Source of the DNA: Antedon mediterranea | Taxonomy: Eukaryota; Animalia; Echinodermata | Reading direction: 5' to 3' | DNA length: 64,000 nt | NCBI RefSeq assembly: GCF_964355755.1 | Contig: NC_092675.1 | Span: 5,389,812 to 5,453,811 of the forward strand | Shown: piece by piece, positions 1 to 13,634 of the stretch | Position numbering within the stretch: the stretch's first letter is position 1 | Layout of the letters: every line of letters begins with the position of its first letter | Position numbers and translations under genes: made by a program | Notes under the pieces: model-generated | Told to the model about the DNA's origin: nothing | Database searches by the model: none | Seen by the model: only the letters and a program-made list of their open reading frames with translations

Positions 1-474
1 TTGCTGCCCTCAATTTTTACAGACTGTTAATTAACTAGTTTAGGCTTTCTCTTTGGTCACACAAGAGTGCAGTGGGTGGAAAAGACGTCTGGAATGGAAT
101 TAGCACTTCCTGGATAAACAAAGATTGTCGAGAAAGAAAGTGTACTCGAGCAGCAGACACCGTCGTTATAAAATTGATTTTCAAGTGTGTTAATTGTTTA
201 GTTTACGGTGGATTTTTTGTCTTTGCAATCCGTAGGATGTCAAACTAAAAAGTGAGCTTGTTTATACGGTTATTGTGGTATATAATGATTGACAATTCGT
301 AGGCCTACGAGTCCCTGCACCACACTCACCCGGACCCCACTCACACCCAATCCAGCCTACTCGATCGTTTGCTGTTGTAGAATAGAGGCCAATATATAGT
401 AATACTCTTTCTACTACTAATCATCTCTACTTTTTCTAATCAAGTTTAATAAAAAACATATTTTCACTTTTTAG

Positions 475-533
475 GGTATTGCCTAACGGTCGCAAAAATC
501 GTCTAGGATTTTCACCCAGACGTCGGTATCCAG
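475..533 (+). other. Candidate non-coding 5' UTR exon of MARCHF8
   Basis: Pyrimidine tract + ttag acceptor at 471-474, strong CAG|GTAAGG donor at 534; another possible donor aa|gtgagc at 252. No transcript data. Confidence 0.4.
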
Positions 534-1890
534 GTAAGGTCATACAATTTTACAAATCTATTAGTATTAGTAAATTACTCATTCATTGCCTTTTTTGTCC
601 TTCGGATGGGATGTAAAGCCGTTGGTCCTGTTTACATCACATACCTGTTTAGTGCATTTTAGATAAAGAATTGAAGTTGTTGACCAGAATTATTGGGCAT
701 ATAGGCCTATAACAAAATATGCCCATTTATTTTCAGAAACATTTATATATTGGTGACATCACAAAACTTATGTGGTTTTTTTTTGTATTTCGTATTTCGC
801 TCAGTTTCTGAGCGCTTAATTTATTTATGTTGTTAGTATGTTCCCTCTACTGTCAGGAAGAGCCTAGTTAGTTTTCATTTAAATGTTTTAATCTGATGTT
901 TGTGGTTAATGATGACTAATCATTCATGTATCGCTATCGGTAATGTTTGAAATCAGACGCATTTTATTTAGGTCGCGATACAGATAAATCCAACTTCCGA
1001 TATTTAGTATAGCATCAACATCACTAGCTAATAAATGTACTAATTTCCCCACCCCCCCCCCCCCCAAAAAAAAAGATTTGTCTAGGAAATGGTGACTGAG
1101 TTAATTTTTTCCCCGCCATTGGTTTTTACAGTAAACCTATTTTAGAGAATCAACATGAAAAAGTTGTATCCAACCTGATTAATTGCGTCTAATAATTTTT
1201 CATGAAAAAGGGGTAAAGGAAGTGAAACCATAAATAAATGGCGGAAGCCTGTCAAAAAACCAACCAGGCCCCAGACAACTTGGCCCCAAGTCAACTCGGC
1301 CACATGTAATTTCTTGACCTCAAAATAGGGGTAACCATACAGTACAATAACCGTAATATAAAAATTGGCTTAAAAACTGTTTTAATTGTTATACTTAAAA
1401 AATAAAAGTACTGTAAAGTACTGTAAGTGATGATGTACAGTAAATACTGTATTAGGTGTAATTTATAGTCTGGTGAACTAATTTGATCAAAAATAGATAC
1501 TTATACAATACAGAAGATAAAGATCTATTGTGTGTCTGATTTTACATCCTATAGAATAGGTTTTCCTTTGGCCTGAAGCTTTATTGTATAGTACCTACAG
1601 TGTGATGAGGTTGCACTTTTTAAACCCTCAATAATGTCATAGACCACAAAGAAGCTTGTTGTGTACACAAATAACTGGATGTGTTTACATTAGAGGAACC
1701 TTTAATATCCTTTTGTGTCTTACTTTACTGTGAAAGTGGCTATCGGCTAATACATAATATCAATAATAGGTTTTCTATGGTGGACTGTGCAAAACCATAC
1801 CGTGCCAACAAGACTTTCAACTATATGCACAGGAGATTGACCATGTCAATAGCCTCATACATTATTTTTTGTAATAAATAATTTCCTTTA

Positions 1891-2066
1891 AGCTCTGTCT
1901 ACACTATCACTTTATGCGTAAAACACATGATGTGCCTATATATATTATGATGATGTTATAACACTACCATATTTGGGTATATCACTACCATATTTAGGTA
2001 TATCACTACCATATTTGGGCACATAACACTTTTTTGTCAAACTAAATTGACAGTGTAGACGGAGCT
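1891..2066. mobile_element. Harbinger/PIF-type MITE family M1 (TIR AGCTCTGTCTACACTATC)
   Basis: TIRs, TTA target duplication on both sides, internal 21-bp repeats ATATCACTACCATATTTGGGT; seven copies in the window. Confidence 0.8.
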
Positions 2067-2829
2067 TTATTCCATTCTAATGTTACAGCCTATGTATTAA
2101 ACATTAATCATTCCAAACATGGTATTTTTATACCTCCATGTTCCAAAGCTGTGACTGTAAATATAACACACCTGTGTATCCTTGTAATTTGATTGGTTGA
2201 TTTTGTATCACATCTCAATATCTGGTTTCCACCCTTTTTCGTAATTTAACACAAATATCACAATATATTAAAGGTGTTTTGCCGAAACTAAAATAAATGA
2301 TCAGTCTATTTCATGCCTAACTTAGCCTACAGTAACTTGGACCAAACATTATCGCATTATCAGCTACAGTGATTAAGTTCACTTAGGTTGACCCTGGTCT
2401 CCCCAATTTCATTTTTTTCATTTTGTATTATACTGAAATAGACCGAATAATGATTAAAAAACAAATTAAATATCCTTCATCATGCATTTTTTCATACCAA
2501 ATTATTCAAAGCCATTTTTCATTAGAATTTTTAATAATAACACTTAGTATCATGGTTATTAGTATTTAGTTTAGGTACATGCTTGAGTTTCTACTTTATA
2601 CAGTATTCGTTTTCAAGGATTTTATTATCTATCAGAAAAAAGCTTCTTAATGAATTTTAAGTGGTAATATCTTATAAAATCAGTCAAGTGTGACAGCAAA
2701 TAAAACAAAAATTATATTACAATTTTTTCATTAAATACCAGTAATTTACTGTACTGTATATGCCATTTTTCATTTAATGTAAATCATAAAATATGATTAA
2801 GCCAATACTTAATTATTAACAATATTAAG

Positions 2830-3346
2830 GTGAGTCCTGTGTTCTCTGAACGTAGGGGAATGAGCTGTTAGGAGCTCATTGTACTAAGCCTCGGCATTAT
2901 GTGGTAGGGTGGCCAGTTCCTTTTTTTTTTTTTTTATCTTTATACTGGGTGACCTCTTCAGTCAAAGACTGATCTCCCAGAGGGCCCAGTTAGTGATCAG
3001 TGGCTGTGATGTACTAATACACCGGGGTAACCCCCTACTCGTCTTGAAAGATGTACTAGGTTCTTTAAAGTGCACACGAGCAAGTTGTGTACACTGGACC
3101 TACGGTTTATAGTCCTTATCCGAGAAGACTCGTTCTACCACCAGAACCATGGAGTGAGTGAGCCTCGAACCCCTGCCGATGTTATGGCTACGTGATTACG
3201 GTTCCACTGTCTTAACCGCTCGGCCACTCACTCACTAGTATTTTCAACCAGGTACTCATTTACAGCTGAGTGGACCGGGAGTTGTCGGGAATGGAACCCA
3301 GGTCTATCTGTATGACAGTCAAGTGTCCTAACCACTCGGCTATCCA
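2830..3346 (-). mobile_element. Older tRNA-derived SINE (family C) interrupted by the family-A SINE
   Basis: Minus strand reads GGATAGCCGAGTGGTTAGG (A box)...CTGGGTTCCATTCCCG (B box)...CCACTCAGCTGTAAATGAGTACC; body appears to resume at 2920-2830 beyond the family-A insertion. Confidence 0.6.
2921..3236 (-). mobile_element. tRNA-derived SINE, family A (Deu/Nin-core-like), full length
   Basis: Reverse complement of 6756-7067: A box TGGCCGAGCGGTTAAG, B box GGTTCGAGGCTC, core CGGATAAGGACTATAAACCGTAGG...TTAAAGAACC...GAGTAGGGG resembling the Deu/Nin domain, poly-A tail. Confidence 0.85.
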
Positions 3347-4273
3347 ACTCCTTAATATAGAAATGTTTATTACACACTGTATCATCATCAAACCAGGACT
3401 AAACATCTTTTGTTTTCAGTAAATTACTATAGGAAATTAATGAACAATATTGTATTAAATTCTAAATTGGTTAAATTGTGTGTTTTTGTTTAGTTTACGT
3501 AGGAAAGAAACATAGTACTTTAGGTTGCTAATTGCAGATGTTTAAATACATATTAGTAGTATTGCAGTTTGGTAATTAAAAAGAAAAAAAAAATGTTATG
3601 GTGCGTCCACATGGAGCGTTGCCACTAACAACATTCACGTCAGTTCATTTGATTTGGTTTTACCTTTTTTTCTTATGTATTATTTAACTTAATGTTGACA
3701 AATATAATTTGTGTTGTTTCACTCCTCTCACCCCAAAAAAGTATGGTATATTTATTAATTTCTTTATGAAAATGGAACTCTTTTTACACTGATTTTAATT
3801 GTCTAATTGGTCTTAATTATTGTTTATATTATTGATATTCACGTTGGTATCAGTATCATGTATATATATATATATAAATCATACTGTAAATTATAGAAAC
3901 ACTGCTCATATTCGGAACATGATCTCATATATATATGTATATGTACAGTATACTGTAGTACTTTAAATACTACTTAACATTTTCTTTAACCTCTAACCTT
4001 ATGAACTTAATACAGTTTGTTATACTTAAATTATTGATTGTTTTCTTCTAGAATCCAATTAATTGTATTGTTTAGATGAACTGTTGTATAATGAATTAGA
4101 CATGTGTTATGTAAGCAGGAAAAATGGCAGTTTATTTGTCATCTTTCAACCACTGTAAAAGTCTTTGTTCAAGTCCTAATGGTGACAGACACAGGGCAGG
4201 GATTATTCAAATGTATTCTAGGAAACGTAATACAGTCAACTCTCCAAATACTGACACCTTTAGACTGGCCTAA

Positions 4274-4430
4274 AGCCTTGTCCACACTATCAAAATTTAT
4301 GTGTCAAAAAGTGTGGTGACCATTTAATGACATGATGATGTAATATCGCTACCATTTAAGCATAGCAATACATACTGTATGGGTACATCAAATTTTTTTA
4401 CACATAGATTTTGATAGTGTAGACAAGCCT
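4274..4430. mobile_element. MITE family M1 copy
   Basis: Same TIRs and internal motif, diverged. Confidence 0.7.
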
Positions 4431-4747
4431 TTATATGGCTTGTATTCTGGAAAGTATGTTGTTCTGATGTGTTTTTAGGGTTAAAAAAAATAATTTACTT
4501 TACTTTTCAGAAAAGTCTGGTTTTGGAGGAGAGTTGACTTTTTACAATTCTCTATGGAAGTACAGTACATGCATAATTGTTTCTAAAATTCATCTCCAAG
4601 CTGTAATTCATCACCCTTATTATGTGTTACTGTAGCACTCAGGCTCTTGTTTGAAAAATCCAAAATCCTTCCTTGCTATTGTAGCCCATTGAAAACATAA
4701 TCCTGTTAAAAAATGCAAATATATATATATTTTTAGGACGGCTAACA

Positions 4748-7700
4748 ATGCCAGTTCACCAAATCAGTGTTGCTCCTCTAGCATCAGAAGAATCTATACC
4801 TAGCAGTTTGCAAGTTTCAAAAGATGAATCTCCAGTGGAAAATGTAAGTACGGTACACAAAATATAGCTGTATTGCGGTTGTATTTGAAGCTCTGGCTAT
4901 AGTATCAAACTTATGTGACAAAAAAATGTGATGTGCCCATATATGAACATGTCATGTCATCATCATTACTATTGGGCTTATCACTACCATATACAGTATA
5001 GGCACATCACAATTTGTTTGTCACATAAAGTTTGATAGTATAGATTAAATAAGGGTACAGTATCATGGGTGGTGCTCAGAAAGATTGGAGCAAAAGACAC
5101 TTTGGATACTGAGGACATACTGTACATTCCTCAATGAAAATGTTAAGAGAAACATGTGGTACTACTGTTATGTGTAGTATGTTCATGTATTATGTCTAAT
5201 AATAGCAAACATTGTTTCTGAGGTTTAATAAGCTGTATAGTTTAATTTAAACCATTATTTTCTAAATGTGTTGTGTAATCCATATTGTAAATAATCTCAA
5301 TTGGGCAAACTGTATTTACCCGCTTCTCTTTAAAGTAAAGTACAGTAATTTAACGCTGTATCCATGATTACTATTCATCTACCTGTACAATTACTTAAAT
5401 GTCATATTGCGCATAACTAGTTTATTAACATTACAGTAGACCTCCATTCCTCATCCATGCTAATGAGACCTTGCCACGATTTTGATTATATTCGTATGAT
5501 GGCCATCATGTATGTACTATGCGTTTATTGATTGTCATCAGTGATAAGTTTACTCTACATGTGCTATGCAACTTCATCGATCTTAATTTGAATCTAGAGT
5601 AGAAATTACTGAGATGTCCAATCAGAAATACATTAGTTATTAACTTATTGATTTTAATTATACTATTTCTATAACAAGTCTGCTTAAATTTCCAATAACA
5701 AGGTTGAAATTTCAGATGCAATAGTAGCCTTATACTTTATTTAACTTAGCTTTTGATAGATACTTAATTTGTTCTGTTTTTAAGCATTTTGTTCTATACA
5801 ATATGGTAGCCATTTGTTTCTCTTGCATTATGACAAAAAAGTGTTTAATGAAAATGTTTTATATATTAAAACCACAGAACATTTTTTTCTCAAATAAACT
5901 GTGGTTGATATTATAATAAAAATAATATTTAATAATAAAAACCTTAATCTTAAAAATCATTGTGTAGCGTCAGAATCTGGCCAAAAAAATGTGTTACAAT
6001 GATTTATTCTTTTTTGTAATACGTCATTCGTTTCAGAGACAATAATGTTCTTAGAATTTTTTTTGGCCGAATATGCAAATGAACTCACGATATCTAATCA
6101 AAATAAATTGTTATTATTATCGCTATTCTCCATCTCAGTTATTAAAACTGTATGTGATGAACAGGCAATATTTTTTAATGTACAATGTTGTATTGACTTT
6201 TAATTTTTATTACATGTCATAAATAATATTTCAATAATACAGCACAGGTACACTATCAATAAAAATGAGTTTATGATTATCTTTGTCAATATCATGTTTC
6301 CATCCAAATCAATATTAATATCAATGTACATCATTGATCAGTCGTCATAATACAGTACATTATTGTGTGCGGACATATAGTAGGTTAAAATAATGGCTTA
6401 ATTTTAACCATTATTTTTACCATACATTGAGCGCCATTTGGATGTTAACAGCTTAAACGATGAATCCCGAGCCGACCGAACAGGCTCACGCAGGACATAA
6501 TTTTGGATTTTTCAAAGGAGGTCAGATACAGAGGTCGTATAGCTGATTACATATACACAGTTTATAATAATCTAATATATCATACAGTACTGTACATGAC
6601 AAAACCCATCATCCATTTTAATATTTATATTTTAAACCGAATATGCCGTTGATAATTACGCTTTTTAATCACAAAAGCGTTTACCTACGTCCACTACTAA
6701 ATGTTTATTCATATTCAGTATTAACATTGGATAAAATTAAAATGCTAATAAAAAGAGTGAGTGAGTGGCCGAGCGGTTAAGACAGTGGAACCGTAATCAC
6801 GTAGCCATAACATCGGCAGGGGTTCGAGGCTCACTCACTCCATGGTTCTGGTGGTAGAACGAGTCTTCTCGGATAAGGACTATAAACCGTAGGTACACAA
6901 CTTGCTCATGTGCACTTTAAAGAACCTAGTACATCTTTCGAGACGAGTAGGGGGTTACTCCGGTGTATTAGTACATCACAGCCACTGATCATAACTGGGC
7001 CCTCTGGGAGATCAGTCTTTGACTGAAGAGGTCACCCAGTATAAAGATAAAACAAACAAACAAACAATCTTAAATACTGACGAATAATGTATGCTATAGC
7101 TTAATGTGTAAATATTTCTTTATGGAGAATAGCATTTTATTTTATAATAAGTTCAGTGTTGACTCATTGACGTCAATGTGAATATGTATGAATGTTGTAA
7201 TGTAAAGGAAGAAAAAAATGTCATACATTTTTCAAATTTATTAGTAGTATAGTAGTATAAAACAGACAGTACTGTTTGTTATTTCCAGAGTATAATAAAT
7301 AATTTAAGTAAAATGGTAAATTTGTTTTACTGTGCAACCAACTATTATTACCCTGTACACTTTTCAGCAGATTATTTAAACAATTAATGGCCAAGAAAGT
7401 AATTGTACGTTGTATGTTATTTCTGATACACTGATATTGATACATTTATATTTTATTTTATTTATTTATTTGGAATTACACTTTTAGCTCGGTGGCAGAC
7501 TTAGCACAAAAGTGCATCTTTCACAAATATAAAATAACAATTAATTTACATACAGAAAAGTATAAAGGAAAAAAACAGCTATCAACCCCTACCCTGCCCC
7601 CCCCCCCCCACCCCTCTGCACCAACCCGACCAATAATCGATACATACCAGTACAGTAGATAATTACTTTACACAAATGAATACAAAACAAAATATAGTAA

Positions 7701-10700
7701 AAGCGTATTGAATAAAATCAACTGATATTGATAACACAGCTTATATATATATACAGTTAATAGACTTGCACTGATGAAGGGCTAGTGTTGCCCGAAAGCT
7801 CTGCTAACTTTTCTGGCTGTTTACTTTATCGTTTTGATTTAGCTTTTCGGTTTTTATTTTTGTATCTCCATTGAGATCCAGCCACTGATACCCACAGCAT
7901 TGTCATTTTTTTCAGTAATTTGCCTTTGGATTTATATACAGTATATATATATATATATGTTTCATCTTTTAGTTATTGTACATCAGATTTTAATTCATTT
8001 TGTGTGTTAACTTCTACTATCCATATTAAAAGAATAGTTACATTAATTTACAAATTGCCTGAGTACAGCAATGGGAATTCTCTACCATTGATTACAATTT
8101 AATTCATTTTAATAATAAGATTAGAAAATCAAAATTAACTTTGTACAAATGTTAAATCCTATGTGAATAATATTTTTACATTAATTTCATAGAGATTTGA
8201 TTTATTGTACGCATTCTAAGTTATTAAAGTACTCTAATATAATTGAAATGTTTAAATGCAAACTAAATGCTACATTAATATAATCAAACATCGTATACTC
8301 TATCTCTAACAAAATATTTCAATCTTCGATAAGACGAAGTATAGTCATTGTCTCCTGACCATTCTACTGTATATAATCAACACCAGATAGGCTTTCTTTA
8401 TCAACAACATGGATGTTGGGAACAGAAACGGTAGTAGACTAAGCCCAGTACGGTTTTGATTACGATCATTCGGGAAATTACCTCACAACAATTTGTTGAA
8501 ATAGAATTAAATTCTGTAGATGAGCTTCTTATACTTCTTTCCTTCTATTGTGTGTAATGTCAGTTAAAATTCTACATAATTTCTACATACTGTATCTACT
8601 TAATCGGTGCTCAACATATTAACATGTTTATTGCGGCAAATATTTAAAAAAATCAAATTTTGTAATATTGGGAAATGATCTTAATGACCTTAATAGTTTG
8701 CCGACTATTTTTACGTACAATTTTTACATTCATGTATTAAGATTGATAGAATGCGCCATGTGGTATGACATCTGATATGGAATTGAAATGTAATTCTTTT
8801 TATAATTATAATTATTTTATTTATGAAAGATAAACAAAGGATCAGCGAACGTAAGATGATACTGTAATGCCTTCTTTTTTTTCAAATTGTGATTTTATAA
8901 TTCATGTCGTAAGTTATAATATTGTTATGTTAATGTTCAAGATAATGTAATGCAGAGGCCATCTGTAACGTATATAGCTACAAGCATACATGATTATTGT
9001 AATCAGTACATTGATGTTTTCCTTACATATTATAGGTGTAGGAGTAGTTTTAAGTTATTTTGTTATCTCCATTTCTATGCAATATTTATTTATTTGTTTG
9101 TATGTGGGTGTGTCTGTTAGCAGGATATTGTCAAAACTAAAAGACGGATCTTTACCAAATTCGAACCACTGAAAGGTATAGGTACAAATGACTCCATTAA
9201 AATTTGGAGGCAATCCGGACAAAGATCCTAATTTAATTCATCTAATAATACGAACAAATTTTAAGTTCAAATTTTGAATTAATTCCAGTTTTTATGATAA
9301 ATAAATAATTAGTTTTTTGTTTTTTTTTTCCAATTTTTCAGAGTTATAAAGTGACCAGTCCTCTATCAAGATCCTTAACAGGGAGTGTGCCCCTCATAAG
9401 TGACAAAGGCTCATTGTCTGGTGGGGTCACTCTCTTAAGTCCAAAGCGGTCAATGTCTGAAGGGGTAAACAATATAAGTGACAAAATCAATGATGTTGTG
9501 GAAACTGACGAAGTTAAAGATGAAAGTCTGGACAGTAAATTCATAGACTCTGATAAACTGTATGAACAAGCATCCACCGAAACATGGTACACGCCCCCGA
9601 CTGGGATGTCCAGAGAATCGTCGTGTAATCCATCTCATTGTCCATCACACGCTCAGTCGATGGTTTCTCTAGCGTCCAGTCAAGGTGACATCTGTCGGAT
9701 ATGTCATTGCGGTTCAGAAGAAGACTCGCAACTCATAATGCCATGCATTTGTACAGGGAGTTTAAAGTTTGTTCATCAGCATTGTTTACATCAATGGATC
9801 AAAGGCTCAAACGCAAAGGATTGTGAGTTATGTCATTATGCATATCGCATGTACTCAAAATTAAAGCCAGTTGGCAAGGTGAGATATATGTTTTTTCAAC
9901 AAAGTGTTTACAACTATTTTCAATGTAGTGTAAAATATATTAAAATTATTATATTCTCATAATTCCTCAGCGGCAAAATTCTGCCATGTTCCCAAATATC
10001 GCACTATGAATTCTAATTTTACCTATTCTTTGTACATAAATAATTCAACTATGTATACACTACAGTATATATGATACAAATAATTACAACAACAAAATTA
10101 AATTGACACACAAAAATATAAATGCTCTTCACTTAAAATGTTATGCTCATAGAATATGATGCTTGATAATTGGACGTGACTTTTGACCTCAACGATATCT
10201 CCACAATTATAATATTTGATTTTATGTACACTTTGTACTAAAGTATAATGCAGTCAATAATACGAGCTAGGATGCAATTATGTACTGTATGTGTATCAAG
10301 GGAGACTTAACAAGATATTACTATTCTTCCCAGGACTTTCTGATACATGGCTAGGCTATTGTATTTAGTCAGGTCACATGATTGGTTGCATTCGCATAAA
10401 TGGAAGCTAATTAAGCCTCATCAGCATTAGTAGTACTGTCTTTCGTAGGTCCATAAGTATGTCTCTCAGGAGGTCCTTCTCGCTGTGTTGTGATCCCCTT
10501 ATATGGTACTGAGCACCCTAGGGAGACGAGCCTTCTTCCTGTGTTAAACATAAATCATGTTGCTTCTTATAGGCCTACCCCAGTGATATTTATACTGTAG
10601 GCCTAGTAGTACAATAGTGCAGAAAAAGGACCAATCCATCTCTTTGCCAATCTACTTTATGTTGAATAACTTTTGAATAAACTTATTCTCAACTTTATCT

Positions 10701-11795
10701 AAATTTATTAAGGCTTATTGTATTTATCACAAAAAGCAACAACAAGATGTCTCACCCAAGGTGCTTGCTTTTACTGAAAACATAAAGGCCATATTTTATT
10801 GGCACCCCATAGCGTATGCTATAACAATTAAAGGAAACAAAAAATGTAATAATGTCCCAGCGGTATGCTGAGCTAGACATATTCTGATGGATTTACTCTG
10901 TTATTTGCAATTTTTTGCTTATTTGTTATTCATAATTGATGCAACTGTATAGTTCTTGTTAAAATATACATTATAATTCCTAGCTTATTGTTAGTTAAAC
11001 TTGACTCACATAATTTATAGTTTTGGATTATTCTTTAATCTATATTTATGTTAATGTTATGTTATGAATCTAGTATATAGTGCAAATGTTATAAATGATA
11101 ATATGCCTGGCTGTTATTTATCATCACACACTTACATTACATTTTTTGAGTTATGCTTTTAAACACTTTTTTTTCAACCTACCATTTCATTTTAATTTCA
11201 ATATCAGCAATAAAAGATACAAAAATACACAATTTGAGAAGGCAATATAATAACCACAGTTTAAGATACTACTTACTAGGTCTTAGAGAAAGAAATAAAA
11301 AAAAAAAATTATACAAAATCAAAAATCAAATCAAAAATAGATCCAGTCTTGGTGTAGTTTTATACTTAATTCGGAATGTTAATTTAAGACCATTTGTTTA
11401 TAAAATATTTTTGTTTATTCTTCTAGTGGGAAAGTCTGGAGATGTCTGCCAATGAAAAAAGAAAAATTCTTTGTTCGGTTGCCTTCCATTTCATAGCAAT
11501 AACGTGTGTTGTCTGGTCACTATACGTACTGATAGAAAGAACAACAGACGAGATAGAGAAGGGTAACTTAGAATGGCCTTTCTGGACCAAACTAGTGGTT
11601 GTTGCAATTGGTTTCACTGGAGGAGTTGTCTTCATGTACATACAATGTAAAGTATATTTACAACTGTGGAAACGGTTAAAAGCATACAACCGTGTAATAT
11701 ACGTTCAAGATTGTCCGATGGAAGATAGGTTACGTTACAAATTAAATTATGCGAATGAGACTGCGGTGAACATTGATTCGCAAGTTTTAAGTTAA
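4748..11795 (+). CDS. MARCHF8: E3 ubiquitin-protein ligase MARCHF8/MARCH1-like (RING-CH + 2 TM), 3 coding exons, ~333 aa
   Basis: Exons 4748-4843 ([10 protein letters not shown]..., like vertebrate MARCH8 N-terminus MPLHQISAIP; missed by ORF track), 9342-9878 (RING-CH CRICHC...[21 protein letters not shown]...CELC), 11427-11795 (WESLEMS...[17 protein letters not shown]...[17 protein letters not shown]...[14 protein letters not shown]). All GT-AG, phase 0/0. Confidence 0.93.
4889..5044. mobile_element. MITE family M1 copy
   Basis: Same TIRs and internal motif, ~45 bp after the MARCHF8 first coding exon donor. Confidence 0.7.
6756..7067 (+). mobile_element. tRNA-derived SINE, family A (Deu/Nin-core-like)
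   Basis: Pol III A/B boxes, conserved core, 3' stem-loop (CTGGG..CAGTCtttGACTG..CCCAG), (AAAC)n tail; near-identical to copies at 2921 and 45325. Confidence 0.88.
7755..7935 (+). mobile_element. Penelope-like element terminal fragment between (TA)n tracts
   Basis: Carries a minimal hammerhead core and is bounded by TA microsatellites; family assignment is inferred from the ribozyme type. Confidence 0.5.
7766..7806 (+). ncRNA. Minimal type I hammerhead ribozyme motif
   Basis: GCA-CTGATGA-a-GGGC(tagtgtt)GCCC-GAAA-GC-TC-TGC: complete catalytic core, 4-bp helix II, palindromic AGCT in place of helix III, short helix I. Confidence 0.65.
8285..8490 (-). repeat. Dispersed repeat, inverted homolog of 28727-28940
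   Basis: CAGTACGGTTTTGATTACGATCATTCGGGAAATTACCTCAC matches the reverse complement at 28727-28770, with homology extending ~200 bp. Confidence 0.65.
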
Positions 11796-13634
11796 AGAAG
11801 ATGAATAGCGACATATTCTATCATGTGACAATGTTTTATTACGTTATCAGAATACAAAACTTATTAGTTACGAAGCACCGAGCATTACTCAAGACCACTT
11901 TCCTGTCTCGCCATGAGCACAATAGCTGGCCTGTAACTAAGAGGATTCTAGTTTAACAGAAAGCTAAACAACTTGGGTTTCTCCAATTTGAGTGCCATCT
12001 ATGGACATATATTGTATACATTAGCACTAAATACAGTGTAATTCTGCTGTATTTAATGTATGTCAAAATATGGTTAGAAAATGTGGGTTATGTATCAAGT
12101 TGACAATGTGTTTCAGAGAAGGTTTAATTATTTGTAAATTTAAAACACAACCTGGAGTTTTCCAGAATTGAACCTAACACAGTAATTTATTTTGGATAAA
12201 TGTAGAAAGTACTAATGTTTATATTATTTATGTTAAGGTATATACTTCGGTAAAGTGACGTTTTTGAGGATCTGCTACTAATCGAGGACCAAAGGTGGGC
12301 CTATACAGAAACATTCATTAAAAATGATAATGTACATCATGTGGATCAATTAAATTTCAAATTTGAGTTTGGTTCAATATTTGTTGTTAATATAATTTTC
12401 CATATTAATACTAATAAGAATAACAAGAATATGTCATTAAAAATTGATTATATTAATTTATAATTAATTACGGACAATTTTTTTGTCAACAATTAATTCA
12501 CCAATCATGTTCAGTCCAATGATCTAGGCATATTCATTCTAAAAGGCTTATTGATAACATTGGTAAATTCATTTAATATGGAGTACTTATTTGTTTGTAT
12601 AAAATATACATTAGTTCCAAAAATATTTTCATCATAGTACATACTGTAGTTTGACAAAGACTATTTTTCATTAGTCTGAACATCTCTTTTACAATAAAAT
12701 TATTCAAAACCTTTTCACTATGTTTGTTTAAAATGATTATTTTTAAATGATGGTGTAAAACTATCAATTTGATTTGACCTCAGCAAATCACCATACCAAA
12801 TTGAGGGTAAAAATAGTTGTCCATATTTGAACATACAGTACCATTAAAACCGCAGTTGTCCAATTTTCAGCTGCGTAGCCCCGAGAGTATTTTTTCCACT
12901 TTATAAATTTCCTTTTTCGTTTGAAGTAGTGCAACGGTTATATTATGTCTATGAATAACTAATGTTCTTATACAAACTGTTTGATATATTAAATGCAATA
13001 TAAAAAGGAAATGTCAAAAGTTAAAACAAATTCTGTGTTCGCTCACTCATTTTTACTATTATGAAATACAACACGATTTAGGAATATAAAAATTGGTCTA
13101 AATAAACAAAAACAATGAATATTGATATGACTGTCCTTGGTTTTAGAGTAGATATAAAAATTGAGATCGCTAGATAACACCTAAACAGAAAACACTTAGA
13201 GTAATTTATTCCTTGTTGTTTGTGCCATCTAATCATATATCAGATTGAATATTCAGTTTGATGCTTTGTGTTACAGTTGCTAGGCTGTTCTTATGTTAAT
13301 TCGCAAATTGCACGTTAAACAGGAAGTTAAAGGTGTTTCTCTGTTTTTATTAATTATGATATTAATGTAAGCTTACAGTTTCTGGCGCGTGTTGAAATTT
13401 TACGGTAGAAGAATTTAGATAATTATTATTGTTGCTTTGGAGTTTATCAGATTTACTATTTATGAAAAATATTATGCTAATTTTCATCACCCATATGAGT
13501 CATTATCATTAACACAATTGGCATTGTCAACTTTTTTAAAATAATATGATGATGATTCATCACAAAACATCCACAGCCGTTTTGCAGTAGTTAAATCAGT
13601 TCATATTAAATATAAGTCAACCTCCCCTCCCCAC

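Noticed and set aside
6756-6845. tRNA gene
   Set aside because: A/B boxes continue into a SINE body present in several copies; no convincing cloverleaf. The same applies to 43058 and ~23505.
10395-10430. Second hammerhead on minus strand (CTGATGAG-GCT..AGC)
   Set aside because: No GAAA follows the stem; the same holds for the CTGATGA at ~49581.
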